Part shown: positions 27,657 to 36,825 of the stretch, piece by piece | Layout of the letters: each line of letters opens with the position of its first letter | Numbering within the stretch: position 1 is the stretch's first letter | Position numbers and translations under genes: made by a program | The notes under the pieces: model-generated | Database searches by the model: none | The model's input: only the letters and a program-made list of their open reading frames with translations | Told to the model about the DNA's origin: nothing | NCBI GenBank assembly: GCA_035374585.1 | Contig: DAOSPF010000003.1 | Coordinates: 2,746 to 66,745, forward strand | Length of the DNA: 64,000 nt | DNA from: Bacteroidales bacterium | Lineage (GTDB): Bacteria > Bacteroidota > Bacteroidia > Bacteroidales > DTGW01 | Direction: 5' to 3'

Positions 27657-28379
27657 TTAAATTTTATCGCCAGTATAAAGGTTCACTATGCCAAAAGTCA
27701 TGCTTTTACAAGTATTTTGAACAAACCCGGCTTTTGTCAGATGTTCAAGAAAAGCTTTGCCATCAGGGAAACTCTCCACCGACTCAGGCAAATACGTGTA
27801 AGCAGCCCTGTCTTTCGAAATAAAACGTCCAATAAACGGCAATATTTTTCGGAAGTAAAAATAATAGATTTGTTTGACCGGGAAATATTTTGGCTTTGAA
27901 AATTCCAACACTACCACTTTTCCTCCGGGTTTAAGCACCCTGTACATCTCCGACAAGCCTTTATCAAGGTTCTCGAAGTTTCGTACACCAAAAGCAACAG
28001 TAATAGCATCAAAATGAGCATCAGGGAACTGAATACCCTCAGAATCTCCTTGTTGCAACTTTATTCTTTGAGCAAAGCCTTTTTTTTCAATCTTTTCCCG
28101 GCCAATACTCAACATATTTTCAGACAAATCAATACCTATAATGTCAAGCTTTGTCCTTTTAGCCGTTGTAATAGCCAAATCGCCAGTACCTGTAGCAACA
28201 TCGAGCACTATACCGCTTTTTATATGCTTAATTTTTGAAATAGCCTTTCTGCGCCAGAAATTGTCAATACCCATCGAAAGAAAATGGTTTAGAAAGTCAT
28301 AGCGAAATGCAATGTTGTCAAACATCTGCCTTACCTGGCTTTTTTTCGAACCTTGGGTATCTTTATAAGGTATTACCAT
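27657..28379 (-). CDS. ubiE: demethylmenaquinone/ubiquinone methyltransferase
   Basis: 240 aa. FDNIAFRYDFLNH and the SAM-binding VLDVATGTGD motif. Confidence 0.92.
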   Translation of the reverse strand: MVIPYKDTQGSKKSQVRQMFDNIAFRYDFLNHFLSMGIDNFWRRKAISKIKHIKSGIVLDVATGTGDLAITTAKRTKLDIIGIDLSENMLSIGREKIEKKGFAQRIKLQQGDSEGIQFPDAHFDAITVAFGVRNFENLDKGLSEMYRVLKPGGKVVVLEFSKPKYFPVKQIYYFYFRKILPFIGRFISKDRAAYTYLPESVESFPDGKAFLEHLTKAGFVQNTCKSMTFGIVNLYTGDKI

Positions 28380-28389
28380 GCATTTACGG

Positions 28390-29265
28390 TTATAAAATAT
28401 TCAGCAGTTGTTCTTTAATCTTCTCCAGCTCATCTTTCATCATCACCACAATGCGCTGTATGTCGGTATCATTGGCTTTAGAGCCAATGGTATTTATCTC
28501 GCGCCCCATTTCCTGGGCAATAAAGCCCAGCTTACGGCCAGCTGCGCTTTCGTTGGTAATGGTCTGGATAAAAAACTGACAATGGTTGTGCAAACGGACT
28601 TTTTCTTCGGTAATATCTATCTTTTCGAGGAAATAAATGATTTCTTGCTCAAAACGGTTAGCATCAATACTTGCAGCCGGAATAAACTCATTGAGGTTTT
28701 TGCTAAGCCGTTGTTTTATCTTGTCAATGCGCTGTTTTTCAAACTGTTCAATTTTTTTAATAGCCTCATCAATAGTATTTACGCGTTGTTTAACATCATG
28801 CTCCAAGGCAGCACCTTCCTGACGGCGGAATTGGATAAAATCAGCCAAAGCCTCATTAATAAGTTTGGTCAGGCTTACCCACTCTTCTTCAATCAGGCCC
28901 TGGGCTTCGTTTTTTAACACCTCGGGAAGCCTGATAACAGAAGTATATAGCTGTTCACCCACAGTAACACCCAATTCCTCAGCCAAATCCTTAAGTTGGC
29001 GATAATAATCTTTGACAACATCAGCATTTATGGCGTAATTTGAAGTAGCTACACTTTGTTCAACCGTTACAGACAGGTCTATCTTACCTCTTTCAATAGC
29101 GCGCCCTACAATATTGCGAATTTCAGCCTCTTTTTCGCGATAAAACAAAGGAAGCTTAAGGTTTATATCAAGCTGTTTGCTGTTGACCGAACGTATTTCA
29201 ATTGTTACGTTTTTATTGGCAAAAACTCCGGTAGCTTTGCCAAAACCTGTCATGGATAATTGCAT
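28390..29265 (-). CDS. yicC: YicC/YloC-family stress-induced protein (endoribonuclease)
   Basis: 291 aa. N-terminal SMTGFGKA and C-terminal EMGREINTIGSKAND motifs. Confidence 0.9.
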   Translation of the reverse strand: MQLSMTGFGKATGVFANKNVTIEIRSVNSKQLDINLKLPLFYREKEAEIRNIVGRAIERGKIDLSVTVEQSVATSNYAINADVVKDYYRQLKDLAEELGVTVGEQLYTSVIRLPEVLKNEAQGLIEEEWVSLTKLINEALADFIQFRRQEGAALEHDVKQRVNTIDEAIKKIEQFEKQRIDKIKQRLSKNLNEFIPAASIDANRFEQEIIYFLEKIDITEEKVRLHNHCQFFIQTITNESAAGRKLGFIAQEMGREINTIGSKANDTDIQRIVVMMKDELEKIKEQLLNIL

Positions 29266-29274
29266 GTTTTATTA

Positions 29275-29309
29275 TTTAGTGTTATGGGGTTTGGGGTCAG
29301 GAGTCAGGA
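29275..29309. repeat. G-rich heptanucleotide array
   Basis: TTTAGTG TTATGGG GTTTGGG GTCAGGA GTCAGGA. A partly complementary C-rich segment lies at 29322-29350. Confidence 0.6.
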
Positions 29310-29353
29310 TGTTTCATATTTCACCCCCCAGACTCTTATCCCCAGCCTCCTTT

Positions 29354-30055
29354 TTAATCCAGTCTTACTTTTTCATTTCTATAATCAGATTCAACAAGCC
29401 CGTCGCGCAACCTGACGATGCGATGAGCATGCAGGGCAATGTCTTCCTCATGTGTAACAAGTATTATCGTATTTCCCCTTTGATGAATATCATTGAAAAG
29501 CCTCATGATATCAATAGAAGTCTTGGTATCAAGGTTTCCGGTAGGTTCATCAGCAAGGATAATGGCCGGATTGTTTATCAAAGCCCTTGCCACAGCCACA
29601 CGCTGTCTTTGACCACCAGATAATTCGTTAGGTTTATGGTGCATACGCTCGGTCAACCCCACCATGTCAATAATCTGTTTAGCTTTTTCAATCCTCTTTT
29701 CCTTTTCGACACCGGCATAAACAAGTGGCAACATTACATTTTCCAAAGCATTGTATCGTGCCAACAAATTAAATGTTTGGAAAACAAAGCCAATTTCGCG
29801 GTTACGAATGGTAGCCAACTCGTTATCATTGAGCTTGCTGACACTCGTACCATTTAAAATATAATCCCCAGAAGTTGGTACATCCAGACAACCCAGAATG
29901 TTCATAAGTGTTGATTTTCCTGAGCCTGAAGGCCCCATGATAGCAACATACTCGTTTTTATTAATCTCGATATTTACCCCCTGTAATGCAGGAACAACAA
30001 TCTTTCCTACATAATAATCTTTGCGTAAATCTTTAATACTAATAATACTTTCCAT
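29354..30055 (-). CDS. ABC transporter ATP-binding protein, LolD/MacB/FtsE-like
   Basis: 233 aa. Walker [10 protein letters not shown], signature LSGGQRQR, Walker [12 protein letters not shown]. No adjacent permease. Confidence 0.9.
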   Translation of the reverse strand: MESIISIKDLRKDYYVGKIVVPALQGVNIEINKNEYVAIMGPSGSGKSTLMNILGCLDVPTSGDYILNGTSVSKLNDNELATIRNREIGFVFQTFNLLARYNALENVMLPLVYAGVEKEKRIEKAKQIIDMVGLTERMHHKPNELSGGQRQRVAVARALINNPAIILADEPTGNLDTKTSIDIMRLFNDIHQRGNTIILVTHEEDIALHAHRIVRLRDGLVESDYRNEKVRLD

Positions 30056-30079
30056 TGTATTGGGGATTTTTAGGTACTA

Positions 30080-30373
30080 TTATTTGTACTTGTTCATTTT
30101 ATCGTCAATAGTAACAGCCTTTTGCGATGAAGACTGGATTTTAAGGTAACACATCATGTCTTCAGTACCCGCGGCATAACAGGCTGCATGTACCTTTTCT
30201 ACCAATGTCATCACTTCGGCATAGGTGCCTTCTACAACCGTTTCAAAAGGGCAAACCTGATATTTCAGGCCGGAGGTTTTGATAATTTCAATAGCTTTGT
30301 CAACAATATCATACGGGTGTTTGTCTTTGCTGCGTGGCAACACCTGAATAGCAGCATTAATCTGTTGGTTCAT
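30080..30373 (-). CDS. MTH1187/YkoF-like (DUF77) thiamine-binding-type small protein
   Basis: 97 aa. The pattern AAIQVLP...GLKYQVCPFETVVEG fits the family. Confidence 0.7.
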   Translation of the reverse strand: MNQQINAAIQVLPRSKDKHPYDIVDKAIEIIKTSGLKYQVCPFETVVEGTYAEVMTLVEKVHAACYAAGTEDMMCYLKIQSSSQKAVTIDDKMNKYK

Positions 30374-31122
30374 AATTTATCTGTTATATCTTCTTTTTTG
30401 TTGGCCACTTGGAGTATTTCATCAAAAGAAAGTATGCGTACATTAGTAACAATGCAATTTTCGTCAACAAAGTTACCGAATATATTTATTTTATTGATAA
30501 CGTCGCGCATAAAATGATGTATTGGGCTAACAATTGGTATTAGAAGGATTATTTTTGCCAAAAACCTTTCAAACTGAATATCTTCTAATTCTGCGTCATA
30601 AACTGGCAATCCAAGTTCTACTTCATTTTTAATAGTTTTTTGCTGCCAATCAGTAAAATCAAGACCTTCTCGATTGAAAAAAGCAATGAAATACCTGAGC
30701 TTCCGATCTCTTCCGCCCAGGCCGGTACAAAGAAATATCTGTGGTTGTTCGAGCAAATCGGACTGAATGTACATTTGGGCTTCCTGTAATGCCATTAATG
30801 ACCATTGATATAATACAGGATGCTTTTGGGATACAAACTTTTCGATAATACGAAATGATTTTACATCTTTGCTATGGGCCAACTGAATGAGAAGAATCTT
30901 TTTGATTTCCTCATCTGCACTTTCATCATCAAGCAATTCGACATTTAATTCACCTTCAGGCAAAGACAATTTCTTGTTCCTGTATTTTTGGGACAGGTCA
31001 AAGTACTTTACCTGCAGGTCAACATCTATCCTTTCGTTGATAATATTCACTTCTCCTTTAAAATCAACAAGCAGTTTTCGTAGATCTTCCAAAGGATCTG
31101 TTAATGCACCCGTTTCTTCCAT
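30370..31122 (-). CDS. hypothetical protein (250 aa)
   Basis: Clean ORF overlapping the downstream start by 4 nt. Acidic N-terminal half. No recognised motif. Confidence 0.6.
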   Translation of the reverse strand: MEETGALTDPLEDLRKLLVDFKGEVNIINERIDVDLQVKYFDLSQKYRNKKLSLPEGELNVELLDDESADEEIKKILLIQLAHSKDVKSFRIIEKFVSQKHPVLYQWSLMALQEAQMYIQSDLLEQPQIFLCTGLGGRDRKLRYFIAFFNREGLDFTDWQQKTIKNEVELGLPVYDAELEDIQFERFLAKIILLIPIVSPIHHFMRDVINKINIFGNFVDENCIVTNVRILSFDEILQVANKKEDITDKL

Positions 31123-31195
31123 GAATTTTTTTTAGCAAAAATAAGCTTTAAAAAAAACTACCAGGTATTTGGAAAGAAAAAGATTTCTATCATTT

Positions 31196-32341
31196 CTATG
31201 CCACAGCTTTCTTGTATTTCCTGACAGCTAAAGTCAACATGGCAACAGCATAAATGCCCATACAGGATATTTCGAACAAAAGGTCTTTAAAACCTGAACC
31301 TTTAAGCAGTATCATGCGGATAACCCTCATAAAATAATACGCCGGATTAAGATGATTTACCATTTGTGCCCAATTGGGCATGGTTTCGACGGAAGTAAAA
31401 ATACCACTCATCATGATACAAATAATCATTACGAAAAACATAATAAACATAGCTTGTTGCTGGGTTTCAGTAATGGTAGCCACGAAAAGACCAATACTTA
31501 ATACTATCACCAGATAAATAGCTGCAATGGCAAATAATAAAAATAAGCTACCCTCAATAGGTATGTCAAAAATCAATTTTCCAATGGTCAATCCTACACC
31601 AAGCTCAATAAGGGCAAGAATCCAAAACGGAATAAGCTTTCCGGCTATAAACTGGTATTTTTTGACAGGGGTAACATTGATTTGCTCGATGGTACCAATT
31701 TCTTTTTCCCTGACAAGGTTTAAACCCGCTAAAAACATACCTACAAGCGTAACCAAAACCACCAAAACCCCGGGTACCATAAAACATTTATAATTCAACT
31801 CAGGATTGTACCAAAAACGGTGTTGTATATTCAGTTGTGCCGGAGCAACATTAGTACCAGCAACACCTATAGATACTGGTCGGTTGTACCTTCCGCTTTG
31901 AATAAGCTCTGCCTGATAATCGGCCATGATAGCCTGAATGTACGAACTGGCAATACCGGCCACCATACCGTTGATAGCATTAAAGGTAGCCTGAACTTTT
32001 GCCGATGACTCGTTTAAAAGCTGTTTCTCAAAATCGCGGTTGATGCACAAAACCACATCTGCCTTGCCATCTTGCATAAGCTGTTGCGCCTGGATAGCAG
32101 AAGACATATAATTGTCAATAACGAAGAATTTCGAAGCCAGAAAATGCGAAGCCAAACGCCTTGAAGCCATTGAGAGGTCATTGTCCACAATCACCATCCG
32201 GATGCTTTTCATTTCCATGGTTGCAGCATTCACCAAAATTAAAAGTTGCACCAACGGAATGACAAATATGATAGGCAACATCATTTTGTTGCGAAAAATC
32301 TGGGCAAACTCTTTTTTCAGGAATATCAATATTATACGCAT
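31196..32341 (-). CDS. ABC-2 type transporter permease (YbhR/YbhS-like)
   Basis: 381 aa. One N-terminal TM helix, a large loop and a C-terminal 5-TM bundle. Paralog of 32353-33474. Confidence 0.85.
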   Translation of the reverse strand: MRIILIFLKKEFAQIFRNKMMLPIIFVIPLVQLLILVNAATMEMKSIRMVIVDNDLSMASRRLASHFLASKFFVIDNYMSSAIQAQQLMQDGKADVVLCINRDFEKQLLNESSAKVQATFNAINGMVAGIASSYIQAIMADYQAELIQSGRYNRPVSIGVAGTNVAPAQLNIQHRFWYNPELNYKCFMVPGVLVVLVTLVGMFLAGLNLVREKEIGTIEQINVTPVKKYQFIAGKLIPFWILALIELGVGLTIGKLIFDIPIEGSLFLLFAIAAIYLVIVLSIGLFVATITETQQQAMFIMFFVMIICIMMSGIFTSVETMPNWAQMVNHLNPAYYFMRVIRMILLKGSGFKDLLFEISCMGIYAVAMLTLAVRKYKKAVA

Positions 32342-32352
32342 AACAGCAGTTT

Positions 32353-33474
32353 TTACCTCCTAATTTTAAACTTTTTAATAGCCAGCAGGATAAAAAACAA
32401 ATTCATCGACAGCAGGATCAACGTCTCTTTCCATACCTCTTTCAGGCCATTTCCCATCAACATAATATGTTTCAGTATGATAATAAAGTACTTTGGAGGC
32501 ATTATATTACAAAACCATTGTAAAATGAGCGGCATATTTTCTATAGGAAAAATAAAACCAGATAACAAGATGGTTGGAAGCATCAATCCCACCGCAGAAA
32601 CAAACATAGCAACCATTTGGCTATCGGCTATTGTTGAAATAAGTATCCCTAATGATAAAGCCAGGGAAATAAACAGAAAACATTCGAAAAATAGGAGAAA
32701 CAAGCTCCCGGCAACTGGAAGGCCAAACACAGACCATCCTAATACAACAATTACAAATGCATTGATAAATGAAAGTAATATATATGGAGTAACTTTACCC
32801 AAAAGGATTTCAACAGGCCTCACAGGCGAGACCAGCAATACATCCATGCTCCCGTATTCTTTTTCTCTTACAATTGAGACAGAAGTCATCAAAGCAGAGA
32901 TAAGCATCAGGATAAGTGCCATAATACCCGGAACAAAAAAATACACTCCTTTAAGCTCAGGATTATACGCCATGCGAACCTCAGGAACTATTTGCAACAT
33001 CCCGGACTTTTGAACATTTTTATCATTTATGTACCCCCGAATTACAGCAGTGGCATAAGAAACCGAAAGATTGGCAAAATTGGCATCAGAAGCATCAGCA
33101 ATAATCTGCACATTGGCTTTGCGATTGCGTTGCAGGTTATAGTCAAACTGCTGTTCAAACACTATAGCAAGCTTTGCAGCCCCCGATTTAAAAACACTTT
33201 CAAGCTGACCATAATTACTAATCCGCTGTTTAACTACAAAATAACATGAAGACTCAAGCCTGTCAACAATCTGGTTAGTAGTGTAATCATTGGATTGATC
33301 CAACACTGCAATTCCAATAGTCTTGATTTCGTTGGTAATAACAAAGCCAAAAAGCAGCATAAGAGCAACCGGAATACCAAACAAAATGAGCATTGTACGC
33401 TTATCGCGCAAAATGTGGTGAAACTCTTTCTTTACCAGACTTAAATATGTCTTCATAATGCTTTTTCTACTCAA
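32353..33474 (-). CDS. ABC-2 type transporter permease (YbhS/YbhR-like)
   Basis: 373 aa with the same architecture. Contains the REKEYGS motif. Confidence 0.85.
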   Translation of the reverse strand: MSRKSIMKTYLSLVKKEFHHILRDKRTMLILFGIPVALMLLFGFVITNEIKTIGIAVLDQSNDYTTNQIVDRLESSCYFVVKQRISNYGQLESVFKSGAAKLAIVFEQQFDYNLQRNRKANVQIIADASDANFANLSVSYATAVIRGYINDKNVQKSGMLQIVPEVRMAYNPELKGVYFFVPGIMALILMLISALMTSVSIVREKEYGSMDVLLVSPVRPVEILLGKVTPYILLSFINAFVIVVLGWSVFGLPVAGSLFLLFFECFLFISLALSLGILISTIADSQMVAMFVSAVGLMLPTILLSGFIFPIENMPLILQWFCNIMPPKYFIIILKHIMLMGNGLKEVWKETLILLSMNLFFILLAIKKFKIRR

Positions 33475-33486
33475 ATACTTTACTCT

Positions 33487-34134
33487 CTACGAATTCAAAA
33501 TCGAGCTAACATCACTCATCGTCAACTCATTGAAATTGTTGATTATTTTATCAGCCTTTACCAGTTTATCAGGCGTGAAAGAGGTTGTAATAGCCACAAC
33601 CTTCATTCCTGCAGCTTTGGCAGCTTCTATACCTAATACCGAATCTTCAATAACAAGGCAGTTCTTAGGTTCAATGCCCAGTAATTTTGAAGACTTGAGA
33701 TAAATTTCAGGATCGGGCTTGCCATGTGTCACCTGCGATTCGTCCACCAAAATATCGAAGAAGTTCCTGATATCCAGCTTGTCGAGAACAAAGTCAAGAT
33801 TTTCAGTAGGTGCAGAGGTTCCAACTGCCAAACGATAATTGTTTTTGCGCAATTCAAACAACAAGTTCATCAATCCATCAGGAGCAGAAATACTTGACGC
33901 AAAAACCTCTCTGTAAAGCGCTTCTTTTTCAATAGCTATCTCGTTAACCCTTTTTGCATCATTTATACCAAGTAACTTTTCGACAAACACTTTGTTTGTC
34001 CCGCCAAATATATCCCTTACCAAAGGAGCCATCTCGGGACGCCCATATTTTTGGCACATCATCTGCCATGTTTGATCGTGAACCTTACTGTTATCGACCA
34101 ACACCCCATCCATATCAAAAATTACTGCTTTCAT
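33487..34134 (-). CDS. HAD-superfamily hydrolase, beta-phosphoglucomutase-like subfamily IA
   Basis: 215 aa. Motif I FDMDGVLVD, GTSAP, and motif IV IEDSVLGIEAAKAAGM. Confidence 0.85.
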   Translation of the reverse strand: MKAVIFDMDGVLVDNSKVHDQTWQMMCQKYGRPEMAPLVRDIFGGTNKVFVEKLLGINDAKRVNEIAIEKEALYREVFASSISAPDGLMNLLFELRKNNYRLAVGTSAPTENLDFVLDKLDIRNFFDILVDESQVTHGKPDPEIYLKSSKLLGIEPKNCLVIEDSVLGIEAAKAAGMKVVAITTSFTPDKLVKADKIINNFNELTMSDVSSILNS

Positions 34135-34217
34135 ATTGAGAGGTTAGTGTTTAGGGGTTTGTAAATAGTCAATAATAACTCTTTCTTCATATTTGTTGTT
34201 GTTTGTGTTTTTTTATT

Positions 34218-34231
34218 CGTAATTAGTAATT
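34218..34231. repeat. short heptad array CGTAATT AGTAATT spanning a stop codon
   Basis: Same unit family as 1630-1671. The stop of the ABC ATPase gene (34223-34225) lies inside it. The adjacent 34142-34217 also reads in approximate 7-nt phase (GGTTAGT GTTTAGG GGTTTGT AAATAGT). Confidence 0.5.
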
Positions 34232-34984
34232 AACATTCCTTGCTACTTTAAAAAATAACTCATCAATAGAATTGACCTGGTGCTTTTCTTTCAAATCTTT
34301 GGGTTTGCCCAGTTCAATGATTTTACCCTCGGACATAATGGAAACCCTGTTACAATACTCGGCTTCATCCATATAATGCGTTGTAACAAAGACCGTAATG
34401 CCCATTTCGGCCGTTTCGTTTATCAAATCCCAGAACTGACGGCGTGTTATCGGGTCAACACCTCCTGTAGGCTCGTCCAAAAAAACAACTTTTGGTTTGT
34501 GCAACACTGCAATAGAAAAAGCTATCTTTTGTTTCCAGCCTAATGGTATGTCTTTTATCAGCTTTTTCTGCATATCCTGCATACCAAACTTCTCAATCAG
34601 CTCATTGGTACGTTGTTCAATTGTTTTTTTATCCAAACCATAAATTCCACCAAAAAAACGGATGTTCTCCATCATGTTCAAATCATCATAAAGCGAGAAC
34701 TTTTGGCTCATATAGCCAATGCTTTGCTTTATCTTTTCGCTTTGTTTATAAACATCATAACCTGCAACATAAGCTTCACCTGACGTTGGAGAAAGCAATC
34801 CGCATAAAATACGTATTGCAGTGGTCTTTCCTGCCCCATTAGCCCCAAGAAACCCAAATATCTCGCCTTTTTCAACAGAAAAAGTCAGGTTATCATTGGC
34901 AACAAACTTCCCAAATTTTTTGGTCATGTTTTTTACCCATATTACAGTACTATCAGCCTTATCTATATCCTGAAACCTTTCCAT
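34223..34984 (-). CDS. ABC transporter ATP-binding protein (second NBD of a split YbhF-like ATPase)
   Basis: 253 aa. Walker A GANGAGKTT and Walker B VVFLDEPTGGVD. Confidence 0.9.
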   Translation of the reverse strand: MERFQDIDKADSTVIWVKNMTKKFGKFVANDNLTFSVEKGEIFGFLGANGAGKTTAIRILCGLLSPTSGEAYVAGYDVYKQSEKIKQSIGYMSQKFSLYDDLNMMENIRFFGGIYGLDKKTIEQRTNELIEKFGMQDMQKKLIKDIPLGWKQKIAFSIAVLHKPKVVFLDEPTGGVDPITRRQFWDLINETAEMGITVFVTTHYMDEAEYCNRVSIMSEGKIIELGKPKDLKEKHQVNSIDELFFKVARNVNY

Positions 34985-34987
34985 TTT

Positions 34988-35887
34988 CTATTGAACCATT
35001 AATTTCATAAAACAATCTTCAACAGTTGGGTTTATTGGCTTTATTTCAACATTAGAAAAACCAGTATTTTTGAGCTCTGTCACAACATTATCAATAACCC
35101 CGGTATTCAGCGTAACATGCACTTCCTGCCCAAACAAATGAACATTTTTGCAATAGTTTGAATGCTTGAGGTATTCCTTCATTTTATAGACTTTATCTGA
35201 AGTTACAGCATATAGCACTTCATTAAAAGAATTGACTACAGCCTGAGGCGTATCAATCTGAAGAATTTTTCCAGATTGCATAAGGGCTACCCGGTCACAT
35301 AAAGCGGCTTCGTCCATATATGGTGTTGATACCAGGATAGATATGCCTTTTTTCTGAAGATTCTTGAGCATTCCCCAGAACTCCTTTCGCGAAACAGCGT
35401 CAACGCCAGTAGTTGGCTCATCCAATATAAGCAACTTCGGTTTATGTATCAGGGCACAAGACAATGCCAACTTCTGTTTCATACCTCCAGAAAGTTTTCC
35501 CGCTGGCCTATCTTTAAAAGGCTCTATCTGCGAATAGATGTCACTTACAAGATGGTAATTTTCCTGAACAGTAGTTCCAAAAAGCGCTGCAAAGAACTCA
35601 ATATTTTCTTCTATGCTTAAATCGGGATAAAGCGAGAACTTGCCCGGCATGTACCCAATATGTTTGCGCAAAGCTTTGAAATTGGCATTCACTTCCATTC
35701 CACATACCTCTGCAATTCCACTATCCGGGACCAGCAGCGTTGCAACAATTTGCATAATGGTTGTTTTACCAGCCCCATCTGGCCCGATAAGTCCGAATAT
35801 CTCATTCTCGTTCACTTCAAACGAAATATCCTCAATCGCCTTGGTTGTGCCGTAGGTCTTGCAAAGATTATTTAACCTGACCATCAT
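34988..35887 (-). CDS. ABC transporter ATP-binding protein (first NBD of a split YbhF-like ATPase)
   Basis: 299 aa. Walker A GPDGAGKTT, LSGGMKQK and LLILDEPTTGVD. Confidence 0.9.
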   Translation of the reverse strand: MMVRLNNLCKTYGTTKAIEDISFEVNENEIFGLIGPDGAGKTTIMQIVATLLVPDSGIAEVCGMEVNANFKALRKHIGYMPGKFSLYPDLSIEENIEFFAALFGTTVQENYHLVSDIYSQIEPFKDRPAGKLSGGMKQKLALSCALIHKPKLLILDEPTTGVDAVSRKEFWGMLKNLQKKGISILVSTPYMDEAALCDRVALMQSGKILQIDTPQAVVNSFNEVLYAVTSDKVYKMKEYLKHSNYCKNVHLFGQEVHVTLNTGVIDNVVTELKNTGFSNVEIKPINPTVEDCFMKLMVQ

Positions 35888-35897
35888 AAATGCTATT

Positions 35898-36779
35898 TTA
35901 AAATTTCACTTCCGCAGGCATCCCTATTTTTAGCGATCCGTCATTCGGAACATCAATTTTAATGGCATATACAAGGTTCACCCTTTCATCTCTGGTTTGA
36001 ATTATCTTTGGAGTAAACTCTGCCTTTGAAGAAATCCATGATACCTGGCCATCATACTGCTGAAAGCTTTCATTAGCCCCATCAATAAACACTTTTACTT
36101 TTTGGCCAATCTTCACCTGCGACAGCTGAGATCCGGATATAAAAGCCCTGAGTTTCATGACCTTCAAGTCTGCAATTTTGCAAATCACCTTCCCTGGTGT
36201 GATTATCTCGCCCTTTTCAACGTATTTGTCCAATATTGTGCCATTGACAGGACTAACAACCTTATACTTTGAGAGTTGATCGGCTATTTGGGCTATTTGC
36301 CATTGCAAAGCCTTAATTTCTGCATCTATTGAGTGCATTTGTGTTGCAACAGCATTTTTTTGTTTAGCTATAAGCTTTAACTGGTCATTAATGTCGTCAA
36401 GTTGCTTAACCGGGGCAGATCCGTCAGACACAAGCTTCTCAATACGTATTTTATTCACCTCAGCGGCCCTTAACTGTTCGTCATACACATCCAACTGAGA
36501 TGCTACTTGCGTTTTACGTGCACGGGCCGACTCAATCTGAGCTTCCAACTGGTTTATACGCAACACCGTTGAAACAGAGTCAATAGAAAGAAGTACATCC
36601 CCTTGTTTAACCTCCTGCCCTTCATCAAATTCCAGCTCAGTAATTTTACCCTGAACCTCAGAGGTAATTTGAGTTTCAACGACTTCAAAATTTCCATAAG
36701 CATCGGTTTTACCATTTCGGTTGTTGCACGACACAAACGCCAAAACACTTATCATCGCTACAAATTTTATTATTCTCAT
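35898..36779 (-). CDS. HlyD-family periplasmic adaptor (YbhG-like)
   Basis: Start moved to MRIIKFVAMISVLAFVSC (ATG 36779) because the track extension runs through a heptad repeat. Coiled-coil middle region and C-terminal beta-barrel motifs. Confidence 0.85.
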   Translation of the reverse strand: MRIIKFVAMISVLAFVSCNNRNGKTDAYGNFEVVETQITSEVQGKITELEFDEGQEVKQGDVLLSIDSVSTVLRINQLEAQIESARARKTQVASQLDVYDEQLRAAEVNKIRIEKLVSDGSAPVKQLDDINDQLKLIAKQKNAVATQMHSIDAEIKALQWQIAQIADQLSKYKVVSPVNGTILDKYVEKGEIITPGKVICKIADLKVMKLRAFISGSQLSQVKIGQKVKVFIDGANESFQQYDGQVSWISSKAEFTPKIIQTRDERVNLVYAIKIDVPNDGSLKIGMPAEVKF

Positions 36780-36793
36780 TGTCTTTATTTTAT

Positions 36794-36821
36794 CGTAATT
36801 TTTAATTCGTAATTGAATATT
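36794..36821. repeat. heptanucleotide array between the TolC stop and the HlyD start
   Basis: CGTAATT TTTAATT CGTAATT GAATATT in perfect phase. Confidence 0.6.
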
Positions 36822-36825
36822 AAGT

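Noticed and set aside
28408-28917. 169-aa plus-strand ORF overlapping yicC.
   Set aside because: It is a shadow ORF opposite a clearly recognisable YicC gene.
32246-33013. 255-aa plus-strand ORF overlapping the two ABC-2 permease genes.
   Set aside because: It spans the junction of two well-supported minus-strand genes. Its composition is unlike that of the neighbouring real proteins.
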